DNA of 64,000 nt from an uncultured Eubacteriales bacterium (lineage in GTDB: Bacteria; Bacillota; Clostridia; Lachnospirales; Lachnospiraceae), in NCBI GenBank assembly GCA_900319355.1, contig ONOC01000001.1, positions 2,111 through 66,110 of the forward strand. Direction: 5' to 3'. Every line of letters starts with the position of its first letter. Positions within the stretch are counted from its first letter, which is position 1. The notes below the pieces were generated by a model, which searched no databases, was not told the DNA's origin, and saw nothing but the letters and a program-made list of their open reading frames with translations. A program made the position numbers and the translations under genes. Shown here piece after piece: positions 40,148-50,263 of the stretch.

Positions 40148-42301
40148 TCAGGCACCTGCTCTTGCTACAGAATCAGCTGCTTTCTTCGGAGCCGGTCTGC
40201 AGACTGCGTAAACAACGAAGACAATCAGCAGAATCGCTGCTGCCGTTCCGACGTTGAAACCGCCGCCGGTGAAGAAGCTGCCCATCTGATATACGATCAG
40301 AGCAAGTCCGTATCCTACAGCCATCTGGAAACCAAAGGTGATCCAGCCCCATTTTCTTGATCCCTGCTCACGGAATGCTGTCGCAATGGCAACAAGGCAG
40401 GGAGCATCGAATACGTTGAAGATGGTGAATGCCAGACCGGTAATAGCGCTTCCGCCGAACATCTGGAAGATAGCGGAGGAAACAGCTGTCTCTGCATCAC
40501 TGGTCGCATGAGCCAGCATACCAAGGGTTCCGACTGCCTGCTCCTTCGCAAGCTCTGCGGAAATGGAGGCAACGGCGCCCTGCCATGTGCCCAGTCCGAT
40601 CGGAGCAAACAGGAAAGCGAAGAACTGGCCGATGTAATACATAAAGCTCTGGTCCATCTGGGTATCTTCAAGGATCTGCATGGACGGTCCGAAGTGCATC
40701 AGGAACCACAGAATAACGGTAATCGGGAAGATGATGGTTCCGGCTTTTTTGATGAAGGCCTTAGCTCTCTCCCAGACATGAACAAGCACACCTTTTACCG
40801 TAGGAACATGATATGCGGGAAGCTCCATAACGAACGGTGCCGGATCTCCTGCAAAATAACTTGTTTTCTTCAGTGCGATACCTGCCAGAACAATGATGGC
40901 CAGACCGATGAAATACATTGTCGGTGCAAACCATGCGCTGCCATGGAAGAAGGTGATCGACATCATGGCGATGATCTCCATCTTGGCGGAGCACGGAAGA
41001 TAAGTAGAAAGCATGATCGTCATACGACGGTCTTTCTCGTTCTCAATGGTTCTTGATGCCATGATGGCCGGAACACCGCAGCCGGTACCGATCAGCATGG
41101 GGATAAAGGACTTTCCTGACAGACCGAAGTGACGGAACAGACGGTCCATGATGAAAGCGACACGGGCCATATAGCCGGAATCCTCAAGGAGACTCAGGAA
41201 GAAGAACAGGATCAGCATCTGCGGTACGAATCCGAGGACGGTGCCGACACCGCCGATCACACCATCAACGAGCAGTCCTTCCAGCCAGGGAGCCGCACCC
41301 GCAGCTTCCAGCGCTGAGGAAGCCCATCCGGAGATATAAGTACCGAACAGGACATCGTTTGTCCAGTCTGTCACAATCGTACCGATGGTCGTTACACCTA
41401 CCCAGTAGATAAACCACATGATACCTGCAAAAATCGGCAGTGCAAGGATACGGTTCGTAACGACTTTATCGATTTTATCCGAAACGGTCAGCTCATCCTT
41501 CGTCTTTTTCTTTCTGACCATTCTGGCAACAATCTTCTGAATGTAATTATAACGGGCATTGGTGACGATCGACTCAGCGTCATCATCAAGCTCCTTCTCG
41601 CATTCTCTGATATGGTTCTCGATATGCTCGAGCCTGTCAGCGCTGAGCTGCAGCTTATCAGTGATCAGCTGATCTCTTTCGAATACCTTGACAGCGTACC
41701 AGCGAACCTGTGCAGCCGGCACTCTGTCTTCAATGGCCTCTTCGATATGGGCCAGGGCATGCTCCAGCGCGCCCTCATATACATGCGGTACACGGGGATC
41801 TCTTTCCTTAACCCGCTCTGCCACTTCGAGGCACTTCTCAACCGCATCCCTTGTTCCTTCGCTGTGCAGTGCGGTGATCGGAACGATTTCGCAGCCGATC
41901 TCTTTGCTGAGCGCGTTGAGATCGATTTTTGTTCCTGTCTTCTCAACGACATCCATCATGTTGACGGCAACAACGACAGGAATACCGATCTCAAGCAGCT
42001 GCGTCGTCAGATACAGGTTGCGCTCGAGGTTGGAACCGTCGACGATATCCAGAATGATATCCGGCTTCTCATCGATCAGGTAGTTTCTGGAAACGACTTC
42101 CTCCGGTGAATACGGAGACAGAGAGTAGATACCGGGAAGGTCCTCGATGATGACATCCTTGTGTCCTTTCAGTTTTCCTTCCTTCTTCTCGACCGTAACA
42201 CCCGGCCAGTTTCCTACATACTGCGTGCTTCCTGTCAGATCGTTGAACAGCGTTGTTTTACCGCAGTTCGGGTTTCCGGCAAGTGCGATTTTGATTGCCA
42301 T
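40148..42301 (-). CDS. feoB: Ferrous iron transporter B
   Basis: GNPNCGKT, VGNWPGVTVE, DLPG, EDSGYMAR. Confidence 0.96.
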   Translation of the reverse strand: MAIKIALAGNPNCGKTTLFNDLTGSTQYVGNWPGVTVEKKEGKLKGHKDVIIEDLPGIYSLSPYSPEEVVSRNYLIDEKPDIILDIVDGSNLERNLYLTTQLLEIGIPVVVAVNMMDVVEKTGTKIDLNALSKEIGCEIVPITALHSEGTRDAVEKCLEVAERVKERDPRVPHVYEGALEHALAHIEEAIEDRVPAAQVRWYAVKVFERDQLITDKLQLSADRLEHIENHIRECEKELDDDAESIVTNARYNYIQKIVARMVRKKKTKDELTVSDKIDKVVTNRILALPIFAGIMWFIYWVGVTTIGTIVTDWTNDVLFGTYISGWASSALEAAGAAPWLEGLLVDGVIGGVGTVLGFVPQMLILFFFLSLLEDSGYMARVAFIMDRLFRHFGLSGKSFIPMLIGTGCGVPAIMASRTIENEKDRRMTIMLSTYLPCSAKMEIIAMMSITFFHGSAWFAPTMYFIGLAIIVLAGIALKKTSYFAGDPAPFVMELPAYHVPTVKGVLVHVWERAKAFIKKAGTIIFPITVILWFLMHFGPSMQILEDTQMDQSFMYYIGQFFAFLFAPIGLGTWQGAVASISAELAKEQAVGTLGMLAHATSDAETAVSSAIFQMFGGSAITGLAFTIFNVFDAPCLVAIATAFREQGSRKWGWITFGFQMAVGYGLALIVYQMGSFFTGGGFNVGTAAAILLIVFVVYAVCRPAPKKAADSVARAGA

Positions 42302-42488
42302 ATAAGCCTCCTCATCCCTGATGCTTCTCTTCATGAATTTCGTCCGGAAGAAAATTTCTCTGATTTTTTCTCCCGCAAAAATCCACGCATGGGAAAATAA
42401 GTATGTTTATTTATTATTTGCGTTCTCTAACTCAGTTGTCTGAAAAAAGCCGCGTTGTCCAGCGCCGCAGCGGGCGCCGGCCCCGGCC

Positions 42489-42713
42489 TTATGCTGTCTC
42501 GATATTTTCAGCTTCATCCTTTCTGAGCGAAAGTTCAAATCCTCTTACGGTAACTTCGATCGGATCTCCGAGCGGAGCCACCTTGCGCACATAGATTTCC
42601 GTGCCCTTCGTAATGCCCATGTCCATGATCCGGCGTTTCAGCTTATCGGTGCCATGGATTTTTACAACCTTTACCGTGCTTCCGACCGGTGCTTCCCTTA
42701 ATGTCATAATCAC
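42489..42713 (-). CDS. feoA: FeoA
   Basis: RRIMDMGITKG, APLGDPIEVTVRG. Confidence 0.93.
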   Translation of the reverse strand: MIMTLREAPVGSTVKVVKIHGTDKLKRRIMDMGITKGTEIYVRKVAPLGDPIEVTVRGFELSLRKDEAENIETA

Positions 42714-42727
42714 TTTCTCCTCTCTTT

Positions 42728-42961
42728 TTATTCTTTTATTTCGACCCTGTCTGTCCTGATTTTGGTTGCCATCTCCCGCGTGACCGCGAGCCTGGTACCT
42801 TTCAGATCCAGGATCATATCGCCGTTGTGCGACGAAATTACCCTGATGACGGCGCCGGGAACAAATCCCAGATCACCCAGATGCTTTTTGACTTCCTCGG
42901 AACCACTCACCTGCTTTATCATCAGATTGTCGCCCGATTCTCCAAATGTCAGTGGAAACAT
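42728..42961 (-). CDS. feoA: FeoA-like protein
   Basis: MFPL..., KKHLGDLGFVPG, RLAV. Confidence 0.88.
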   Translation of the reverse strand: MFPLTFGESGDNLMIKQVSGSEEVKKHLGDLGFVPGAVIRVISSHNGDMILDLKGTRLAVTREMATKIRTDRVEIKE

Positions 42962-42995
42962 GACCGACTCCTTTCTGCAGTTCTCACAGCACTGA

Positions 42996-43415
42996 TCAGT
43001 TCCTGTCCTGTACGACAGCCTGTACATCCTCCAGCGAACCCTCATCGGCAGGAAACTGCTTTGCATAATCACACAGCGCGCGGAATGTCCTGTCGCTGAT
43101 GTCATGTTCGACCTTGCATGCATCCGTGCGTGCGGTAACCGGATCTACGCCGATTCCCCTGAAAATAGTCGTCAGCACTCTGTGCCTTTCATAAATTCTC
43201 TCGGCAATGCTTCTGCCTGACTCTGTCAGCGTGATCATGCTTGCTTCATCCATAGTCAGATAGCCGTTCTCACGCAGCTTCTTAACGGCTGCACTCACGC
43301 TGGGCCTCGATACATTCAGCAGATCTGCCACATCCGCAGAGCGTATATATCCTTTATTCTGCTTCAGTACCAGCATCGCCTCCAGATAATCCTCTGAAGA
43401 CCTCAGAATTTTCAT
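42996..43415 (-). CDS. DtxR/MntR-family metal-dependent regulator
   Basis: SSEDYLE, VSRPSVS, IYERH, DACKVEHDIS. Confidence 0.9.
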   Translation of the reverse strand: MKILRSSEDYLEAMLVLKQNKGYIRSADVADLLNVSRPSVSAAVKKLRENGYLTMDEASMITLTESGRSIAERIYERHRVLTTIFRGIGVDPVTARTDACKVEHDISDRTFRALCDYAKQFPADEGSLEDVQAVVQDRN

Positions 43416-43700
43416 GTACGCCTCCCGTTCTTTCGCTGCAGCCCGGTTCTTCATAACCTCACCTTTGTTTATTATAGCGATAATTAATCTAAATTCAAGT
43501 CAATTAATTAGTTTTTTTCAAAGCTAATTGTAATTTCATATTATTAATTACAGTTCTCACTAACTAATTATCATCACGACCGGAAGTGTTCTCTCTCTTC
43601 AGATCCTGCTGATGCCATAAAAAAAATCCGGAAGCTCTGCATCAGCAGCCGCTTCCGGACCGGAAATTACCTTTTTGCTTTCTGTTTTATCAGATTTTTA

Positions 43701-45368
43701 TTACATGGCCTGAGGATCGGAAACCTTTACCTTGTGGTCATACCATTTGCCCTTCGTGCCGATCAGCGCCAGATCAAATTCCTGATCCAGTGCCGGAACC
43801 GGAACGTCGAATCCGTACACCTCTTCGGTAGTTCCGTCATCATATTTGACGGTATCCGTTGTCGGCTGAAGCAGCTGTGCGCCGTCCTTCTGCGCATCCT
43901 CTGCCGTTCCCGGGAAGAGGTTCACGATATTCTCGGATGTCAGTGTGATGTGGATGGTCATCTGTCCGTCTTTAACCGTCAGTGTGCCGCGTCCGTCACA
44001 GGTTTCATTGACATGGAACATCTTGCTGTCCGTCGTGAAGGCTGCGGAATAGGTGCCGTCCTCAAGAGATGCCGATGTGGCAGATGCGGATGAGGACGAA
44101 ACGGCTTCTGATGAACCGTTGATGGCGTCACCGGTATGGCTTACATAGATCTGCTGAATTTCCGGAATCTCACCGAGACCCGCGATCTGCGCGTCAACGG
44201 AATCAAAGTTACCTGAAGCCTTGAACTGGCTGATCCAGGAATCCGGATCGTCCTCGCCGGCCATATCGTTATTGGCATGATCTCCGGCTACCACCATCAG
44301 CGGACGGAGGATAACCTTCTTATATCCGGCATCCTTTACCTTGCCGATAACCGCCTGGCATTCTGTATCAGCGGGCTTGCCCTCAACCGTTCCGATGAAG
44401 ACATTCTTGTAACCCAGATCCTCTACCTGAGACTGCATCTGGTCATAGGTGATCGCAGCCTCATGAGAAGTGCCGTGGCCCATGAAGACGAAAGCCGTGC
44501 CGTCTGAGGCGGCATCATCCAGACTGTCATAGCCTGCTGTCTTCACTGCTGTGTTTGTGATGGCTTCCGCTACATTTTTCTTATCTTCATTAACCGTTGT
44601 GGTATCATCACCGACTTCGCCCAGAAGCGGCTCTGCCACTTTTACGGAATCAAATTTGTCTGCGTAATTATTGACGGCTTCTGTCAGCTCATCATACTCT
44701 GCGCCGTGCATCAGATGGGTCGGCTGAACGACGAGATTTTTCACGCCGTTGTCGACAGCACGCTCCAGTGCCTGGTCCATGTTGTCGATTTTTTCACCGT
44801 CACGCGCCTGTACATGGTTGATGATGATCTGCGCTGTGAAAGCCCGGCGTACCGACCAGTCCGGGTATGCTGCCTGAAGTGCCTTCTCAACGCCGCCGAT
44901 ATCCTTTACACGGCTGTCGTTGAAGGATGTACCGAAGCTTACCACGAGAAGCTCGTTCTCGCCGATGCCGTCTTCGTTGAGCGGGTCGTCGGCAGACGCA
45001 TCGCCCGTATCACGTCCGAAGTAATCCGGATCCGCATATTCTCCCTGAACCAGTGCCTTCTGTGCATCCGTCAGCGCATCCCAGGCCTTCTTTGCCTCCT
45101 CACACTGTGCGTCCGTATCATCCGTCCGCTCCTGCACATAGATCGCATCGATCAGATCCGCCACGTGATCTGCTTTCGCCTGATCCGATGACGCAGAAGA
45201 ACCGGAAGAAACCGATGCTGCCACCTCTTCCGTGGCTGCTCCGGCACTTTCCGATACAGCTGCCTCAGATGCTGATGAGGACGAACTGCCCGTCGTACTG
45301 CCGCAGCCGGCCAGCATGGACACCGTCATTGCCGCTGCTGCGATAACTGACATCACTCTCTTATTCAT
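43701..45368 (-). CDS. cbiK: CbiK-type cobaltochelatase lipoprotein with extra N- and C-terminal domains
   Basis: Lipobox LAGC; LLVVSFGTS, RRAFT, QPTHLMHG, MGHGT, PLMVVAGDHANNDMAG. Confidence 0.85.
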   Translation of the reverse strand: MNKRVMSVIAAAAMTVSMLAGCGSTTGSSSSSASEAAVSESAGAATEEVAASVSSGSSASSDQAKADHVADLIDAIYVQERTDDTDAQCEEAKKAWDALTDAQKALVQGEYADPDYFGRDTGDASADDPLNEDGIGENELLVVSFGTSFNDSRVKDIGGVEKALQAAYPDWSVRRAFTAQIIINHVQARDGEKIDNMDQALERAVDNGVKNLVVQPTHLMHGAEYDELTEAVNNYADKFDSVKVAEPLLGEVGDDTTTVNEDKKNVAEAITNTAVKTAGYDSLDDAASDGTAFVFMGHGTSHEAAITYDQMQSQVEDLGYKNVFIGTVEGKPADTECQAVIGKVKDAGYKKVILRPLMVVAGDHANNDMAGEDDPDSWISQFKASGNFDSVDAQIAGLGEIPEIQQIYVSHTGDAINGSSEAVSSSSASATSASLEDGTYSAAFTTDSKMFHVNETCDGRGTLTVKDGQMTIHITLTSENIVNLFPGTAEDAQKDGAQLLQPTTDTVKYDDGTTEEVYGFDVPVPALDQEFDLALIGTKGKWYDHKVKVSDPQAM

Positions 45369-45565
45369 TCTTTTATTCTCCTTCCTTTGTATTACGTGAA
45401 ATGAACTTTTTTATATTAAGGCATATGCCCGGCCGGGCTCACCGCATCGGCGATGTGCGGATGCGGCACGCTGCACGAAAAAAAGCCCGCCTCTTCCAAA
45501 GCGGACTTCTGCACATGCCAGAATATCGTAATTGTTTTCTTCGGAAACATTACTTTAAAATCACT

Positions 45566-45770
45566 TCCAGCAGGTTTCCTGACTAGCAGCTCAGACGGCC
45601 GGCGCACTCCTTCTCATGTCTCCTTTTATGCGGAAACACAATGGATACCATGCGTCTTCCTCGCTGTTCACAGTGACCGGATCGTCCGGGATTCCCACCC
45701 GGTTCCCTATTATTCCGTTCTGACGGACACTGGAAGCTTCTGTTCAGTTCTGTAACGCACCTTATCATAG
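45566..45770 (-). ncRNA. Cobalamin riboswitch
   Basis: AGGTGC...AATAGGGAACCGGGTGGGAATCCCGGACG...CACTGTGA...AGTCAGGAAACCTG; downstream terminator near 45478-45510. Confidence 0.9.
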
Positions 45771-45860
45771 CAGATGAGTCCGGAGATTTCTACTGTAATC
45801 TGCTGATTCTCTGAGAATCATGGTATGATATAAAATAATCCGACTTACAGGAGGCTCAAT

Positions 45861-46334
45861 ATGTTCAGAAAAATGAGAAGGTTCAAACAGCAGATTTCCG
45901 ACGAGGCCTGCGAGAAGGTCCTGCTGTCGGCTCCCCGCGGCGTTCTGGCGGTTCACGGCGAAGACGGCTATCCCTATGCGCTTCCGATCAATTTCCTCTA
46001 CGAAGATGGAAAAATCTACTTCCACGGTGCCGTGACAGGCCACAAAATCGATGCCATGAAGAAGGATCCCAGGGTGAGCTTCTGTGTGATGGACGAAGGT
46101 TACCTGAAGGAAGGCAAGCGTGGTCTGAACATCAACAGTGTGATTATTTTCGGAACCGTGCGCTTCATCGATGACCATGAAGAGGCACTCGACCGCTGCC
46201 GTCATCTCGGCCTGAAGTATTTCCCCGGTGAAACGGATTATGTGGATGACGATATCCGCCGCAACGAAAATCACCTTCAGATGATCGAACTGACGATTGA
46301 CCACATGACCGGAAAACTTGTCAACGAATCATAA
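45861..46334 (+). CDS. Pyridoxamine 5'-phosphate oxidase / NimA-like flavin-binding protein
   Basis: MFRKMRR, GYPYALP, IYFHGA, VSFCV, SVIIFG. Confidence 0.87.
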   Translation: MFRKMRRFKQQISDEACEKVLLSAPRGVLAVHGEDGYPYALPINFLYEDGKIYFHGAVTGHKIDAMKKDPRVSFCVMDEGYLKEGKRGLNINSVIIFGTVRFIDDHEEALDRCRHLGLKYFPGETDYVDDDIRRNENHLQMIELTIDHMTGKLVNES

Positions 46335-46449
46335 ATTCCGAAACCGGTACATCAGTGAATCGCAGGTCATGAAACCTGAACGTCAGTGAACCACAGATCC
46401 TGAAATCAGAATCCCGGTGAATCACAGCTTATGAACGGAGAAGAAAATC

Positions 46450-47526
46450 ATGACTGAAAATACGAACAGCAACGGCAGCACCCCGCACCGCCGCCGGCTG
46501 CATTACAGCGGGACGCATCCCCATACCTATGCGGAAAAATACAAAGAGCATCAGCCTGAAAAATATTCTGATGTCGTGGAAAAGGTCATCAGCAAGGGCA
46601 GTACGCCGGCCGGCATGCACATCCCGATCATGGTGGATGAGATCATGCGGTTCCTCGATATTCAGCCCGGAGAAACCGGTCTTGATGCCACGCTCGGGTA
46701 CGGCGGACATACGAGACACATGCTGGAAAACCTTCAGGAAAAGGGGCATCTCTATGCCCTTGATGTGGATCCGATCGAATCCGCGAAAACGGAGCAGCGC
46801 CTGAGAGACGCCGGCTTCGGGCCTGATCTGCTTACGATAAAGCTGATGAATTTTGCGGACATTGATCAGATCGTCAGTGAGACAGGACGGTTTGACTTCA
46901 TGCTTGCGGACCTCGGCGTCTCTTCCATGCAGATCGATGATCCGACCCGGGGATTTTCCTTCAAAACAGACGGCCCGCTGGACCTCCGCCTGAATCCGGA
47001 GAGGGGAATTTCCGCCGCCGACCGTCTGCTTTCCGTCACACCCGACGAACTGGAAGGCATGCTGGCGGAAAACGCCGATGAACCCTGTGCCGCAGATATT
47101 GCGAAGGCAATCTGCAGAAGAAACCGGACCGCGGACAAAATCCGCACCACCCGCGATCTCCGTGAAACCGTGGAAGCCGTGATGGACAGGAAGCTTCAGA
47201 ACCTGCCGAAGGCGGAGAAACGGAAAGAAATCTCGAAGACCTGCGGGCGCGTCTTCCAGGCTGTCCGGATCGATGTCAACAGTGAGTTTGAAGTACTGGA
47301 ATCTCTGATGGAAAAGCTGCCCGGTGTGATGAACCCGGGCGGAAGAATCGCCATTCTGACCTTCCATTCGGGCGAGGACCGCATTGTCAAGAAGGCTTTC
47401 CGCTGTTTTCACTCAGAGGGCGTCTACAGCAGCATAGCACGCAACGTCATCCGGCCCTCGGCAGAGGAATGCCACCGGAATCCCAGAGCCCATTCCGCCA
47501 AACTCCGGTGGGCAGTAAAAGCCTGA
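46450..47526 (+). CDS. rsmH: RsmH/MraW-family methyltransferase (stand-alone paralog)
   Basis: HIPIM, DATLGYGGH, DLGVSSMQ, PLDLR, TFHSGEDRIVK, NPRAHSAKLR. Confidence 0.8.
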   Translation: MTENTNSNGSTPHRRRLHYSGTHPHTYAEKYKEHQPEKYSDVVEKVISKGSTPAGMHIPIMVDEIMRFLDIQPGETGLDATLGYGGHTRHMLENLQEKGHLYALDVDPIESAKTEQRLRDAGFGPDLLTIKLMNFADIDQIVSETGRFDFMLADLGVSSMQIDDPTRGFSFKTDGPLDLRLNPERGISAADRLLSVTPDELEGMLAENADEPCAADIAKAICRRNRTADKIRTTRDLRETVEAVMDRKLQNLPKAEKRKEISKTCGRVFQAVRIDVNSEFEVLESLMEKLPGVMNPGGRIAILTFHSGEDRIVKKAFRCFHSEGVYSSIARNVIRPSAEECHRNPRAHSAKLRWAVKA

Positions 47527-47566
47527 CCTCCTTTTCGGATGTCAGGCTCTTGTTGCTCCTGCCGCC

Positions 47567-48229
47567 TTACGCCCAGACTTCTGAGTCTTTTCCGGAGCCG
47601 GCCTCGAAATGATATTTCACAATACCCAGATCCGTCTTCGTATAAAAGCCGAGTCCCGCCTTCACGGTGACATGATCGCCGTGACGTGTGAAGGAAAACT
47701 TCTGCTGATTGATCGCCGTCGGTGCAAGAATCGCGGCTTCAATTCCCTTTCTGTACCAGTCGGGATCGCCTTCCTTATAATCACTGACTTCAGAGATTCC
47801 TTTGATTTTGTGAGACACGCCCTGTGTCCTTCCATAGCCGAGGGCGATGACCATATAGCGCTTTTCACCCGGCGCAATATCGCCATGTGCCTCTCCCTTC
47901 TTATAGGTCATGGCAACCCAGCAGGAATTGACACCGAGTTCCTGTGCCTTCAGGACAAGGCGCTCCCCGTAATAACCGATTTCCTCATCCTTTCCCTTCG
48001 GCCCGGCCATCATGAAATAATTCCTGCATCCGGCAAAATTACCGTAATTCGGCTTTCCGGCCTGGAACGCATCCGGCTCATTGGTGATCAGCTGAATGTG
48101 CAGTCCGCTTATGCGGTTGACCTCCTCCGTCTCCTTCTGCAGCGCCTCCACTGCATCCGCCGCCAGCGGCTGATCCGTAAACTGTCTCACAGAATGTCTC
48201 TGTTTCATAAGTTCCATCATATCCATCAT
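47567..48229 (-). CDS. Nitroreductase-family protein
   Basis: RHSVRQF, LAPTAINQQ, DLGIVKYHF. Confidence 0.87.
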   Translation of the reverse strand: MMDMMELMKQRHSVRQFTDQPLAADAVEALQKETEEVNRISGLHIQLITNEPDAFQAGKPNYGNFAGCRNYFMMAGPKGKDEEIGYYGERLVLKAQELGVNSCWVAMTYKKGEAHGDIAPGEKRYMVIALGYGRTQGVSHKIKGISEVSDYKEGDPDWYRKGIEAAILAPTAINQQKFSFTRHGDHVTVKAGLGFYTKTDLGIVKYHFEAGSGKDSEVWA

Positions 48230-48421
48230 CTGATACCTCCCGTTTCAGTTCGTTGTCTTGGTTTAATTGTTTGAACCATTATGCCACAAAATCCTCTCAG
48301 ATGATCAATGGTAAAGAAAATCGATTCCATTCGGAAAAACCGGCAGCGAATGCCATGCAGCGTATCAAAGACCGCAGAGTATGGTAAAATACAGGAAAAC
48401 AGGTAAAAGAGGCTCTTTATC

Positions 48422-49006
48422 ATGATCAGCATATTATTTTACGGAGATTCGAATACATATGGATTTGACCCGAGAGGATTCGCCGGCGGAAGATATCCTG
48501 AAGGTGTCCGCTGGACCTCACAGCTCGCACAGAAATCGGAGGGACGCTGGCAGATCAGCAACGGCGGACTGAACGGCCGCATGATCCCTCAGACCAGCTG
48601 GCAGATGAAGCATTTCCTGGAGATGCTCGAAGATGAGAAGCCCGGTCTTCTCTCTGTCATGCTCGGAACAAACGATCTGCTGAATGCGCTGGAGCCTTCG
48701 GCAGACCGGATCGCCGCCCGCATGGAAGATTTTATCCGAAATGTTCAGGACAGCACGAAAGGAACCGGTCTGCGGATTCTTCTCGTTTCGCCGCCGTGGA
48801 TCGATACGCCTGACGCAGGTCCCGCATGCTGCGCGGAAAGCCGGAAGCTGGCCGGCCCGTATGCCCGCGTGGCTGAAAAGCTGCACCTTTCGTTTGCGAA
48901 CGCCGCAGAGGCATACCCGCAGCTCGCCTTTGACGGCATTCACCTGTCGGAAGAAGGGCACACTGCCTTCGCCCGCTGGATGGAGGGTGTCCTGACAAAA
49001 CTGTGA
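48422..49006 (+). CDS. GDSL/SGNH hydrolase
   Basis: GDSNTYG, GLNGR, MLGTND, DGIH. Confidence 0.9.
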   Translation: MISILFYGDSNTYGFDPRGFAGGRYPEGVRWTSQLAQKSEGRWQISNGGLNGRMIPQTSWQMKHFLEMLEDEKPGLLSVMLGTNDLLNALEPSADRIAARMEDFIRNVQDSTKGTGLRILLVSPPWIDTPDAGPACCAESRKLAGPYARVAEKLHLSFANAAEAYPQLAFDGIHLSEEGHTAFARWMEGVLTKL

Positions 49007-49067
49007 AGTTTTGCGCCCGCATGGAGGGTGTCCTGACAAAGCTGTGAAATTTTGTGCCCGCATGGAG
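48980..49067. repeat. 41-bp tandem duplication of the GDSL gene 3' end
   Basis: ATGGAGGGTGTCCTGACAAA at 48980 and 49021, partial copy at 49062. Confidence 0.85.
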
Positions 49068-49168
49068 TTATCATGCGCCTGCTCGCGCCGATATTTTCGG
49101 TAAGAAACCGTTTCAGAGAGCATATCCGATAATGCCCGAAAGTACAGCCGATGGGTCAGGGGGATTTT

Positions 49169-50203
49169 ATGATCAGTTTTGAATCACTGTCATCTGTAAG
49201 CAGCTACATAAAGCAGAGCGAAATGAAGAATAAGTGGCAGATGAAAAAGGCCACCGGCGATATGAAAGCTGACGGCACCATGACGGTCTCGGAGGCATGG
49301 CGTCAGAATAAGATCCGCCAGGAACATGCCATATGGGATGACAGCGTCGAGCAGATGAAAAAAGACAAAAATAAGGATGGCGGCCTTGACGATATCCTTA
49401 TAAAGATTCAGAACGGCGATTCCCTCACTCCCGACGAGCTCAGTCTGCTGAGGGAAAAGGACCCGGCGCTCTACCAGGAGTTACAGAACCGCGACCGGAA
49501 GGAAAAAGCCTATAAAAATCAGCTTTCACAGGCAAAAACAAAAGAAGAGTTTCAGCGGATCAGAACCATGAAATCTTCCGAGCTGATCAGCCGGATCAAT
49601 TTTATCAGAAACGACCCTGCGATTCCGGAAGGGAAAAAGCTGGAACAGTATATATCCATCAACGAAGAGGAAAAAGACGCTCAGAAGGTGGAGAAGGAAT
49701 TTATCAGGAGCGGCGCCTATGATGCTCTTCCCACCGAAGAAGAAAAACGCGAAGTGGAGCGTGCCGAAAAAGAAGAAAAGAATCCGTCGGAAACCGAAGA
49801 AACGAAAGAATCCGGGAAAACGGAAGAATCCGAAAAGACGGACGAAATCGAAAAGACAAACGAAGCCGAAAAGACGCACGAAACTGAAAAGACAAACGTA
49901 ACCGGAAAAGCAGATGCCGACGCTTCGACCGAAGATCAGGCCGAGGCAGAAAAGACAGCACGGACCGAAGATGCTGAATCCGGCCACAGATCTCACCTGG
50001 TCCATGCCGGCGACACTGCTCTGAAATCCGGTGTCTCTGAAAAGAAAACAGAACAGATCATGGAAAGAGTCACCATGGAGAAGGAGCCGACGGAGGAGGC
50101 GAAGCGCAAGGTACATCAGTCAAAGCTTGCCAGAAAATACCGCTATCACAGCTCCGACAATGAACCGGCCTCATCAGGCGTGAGCTTTTCAGCCGATGCC
50201 TGA
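49169..50203 (+). CDS. Hypothetical charged coiled-coil protein
   Basis: Long ORF with RBS; E/K/T-rich hexapeptide repeats; no recognised catalytic motif. Confidence 0.7.
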   Translation: MISFESLSSVSSYIKQSEMKNKWQMKKATGDMKADGTMTVSEAWRQNKIRQEHAIWDDSVEQMKKDKNKDGGLDDILIKIQNGDSLTPDELSLLREKDPALYQELQNRDRKEKAYKNQLSQAKTKEEFQRIRTMKSSELISRINFIRNDPAIPEGKKLEQYISINEEEKDAQKVEKEFIRSGAYDALPTEEEKREVERAEKEEKNPSETEETKESGKTEESEKTDEIEKTNEAEKTHETEKTNVTGKADADASTEDQAEAEKTARTEDAESGHRSHLVHAGDTALKSGVSEKKTEQIMERVTMEKEPTEEAKRKVHQSKLARKYRYHSSDNEPASSGVSFSADA

Positions 50204-50263
50204 TGAAGCCGCCATCTAAAAGAGGTATCCATATCGGAGTACCAGAAGAGGGAGGATTTTACC

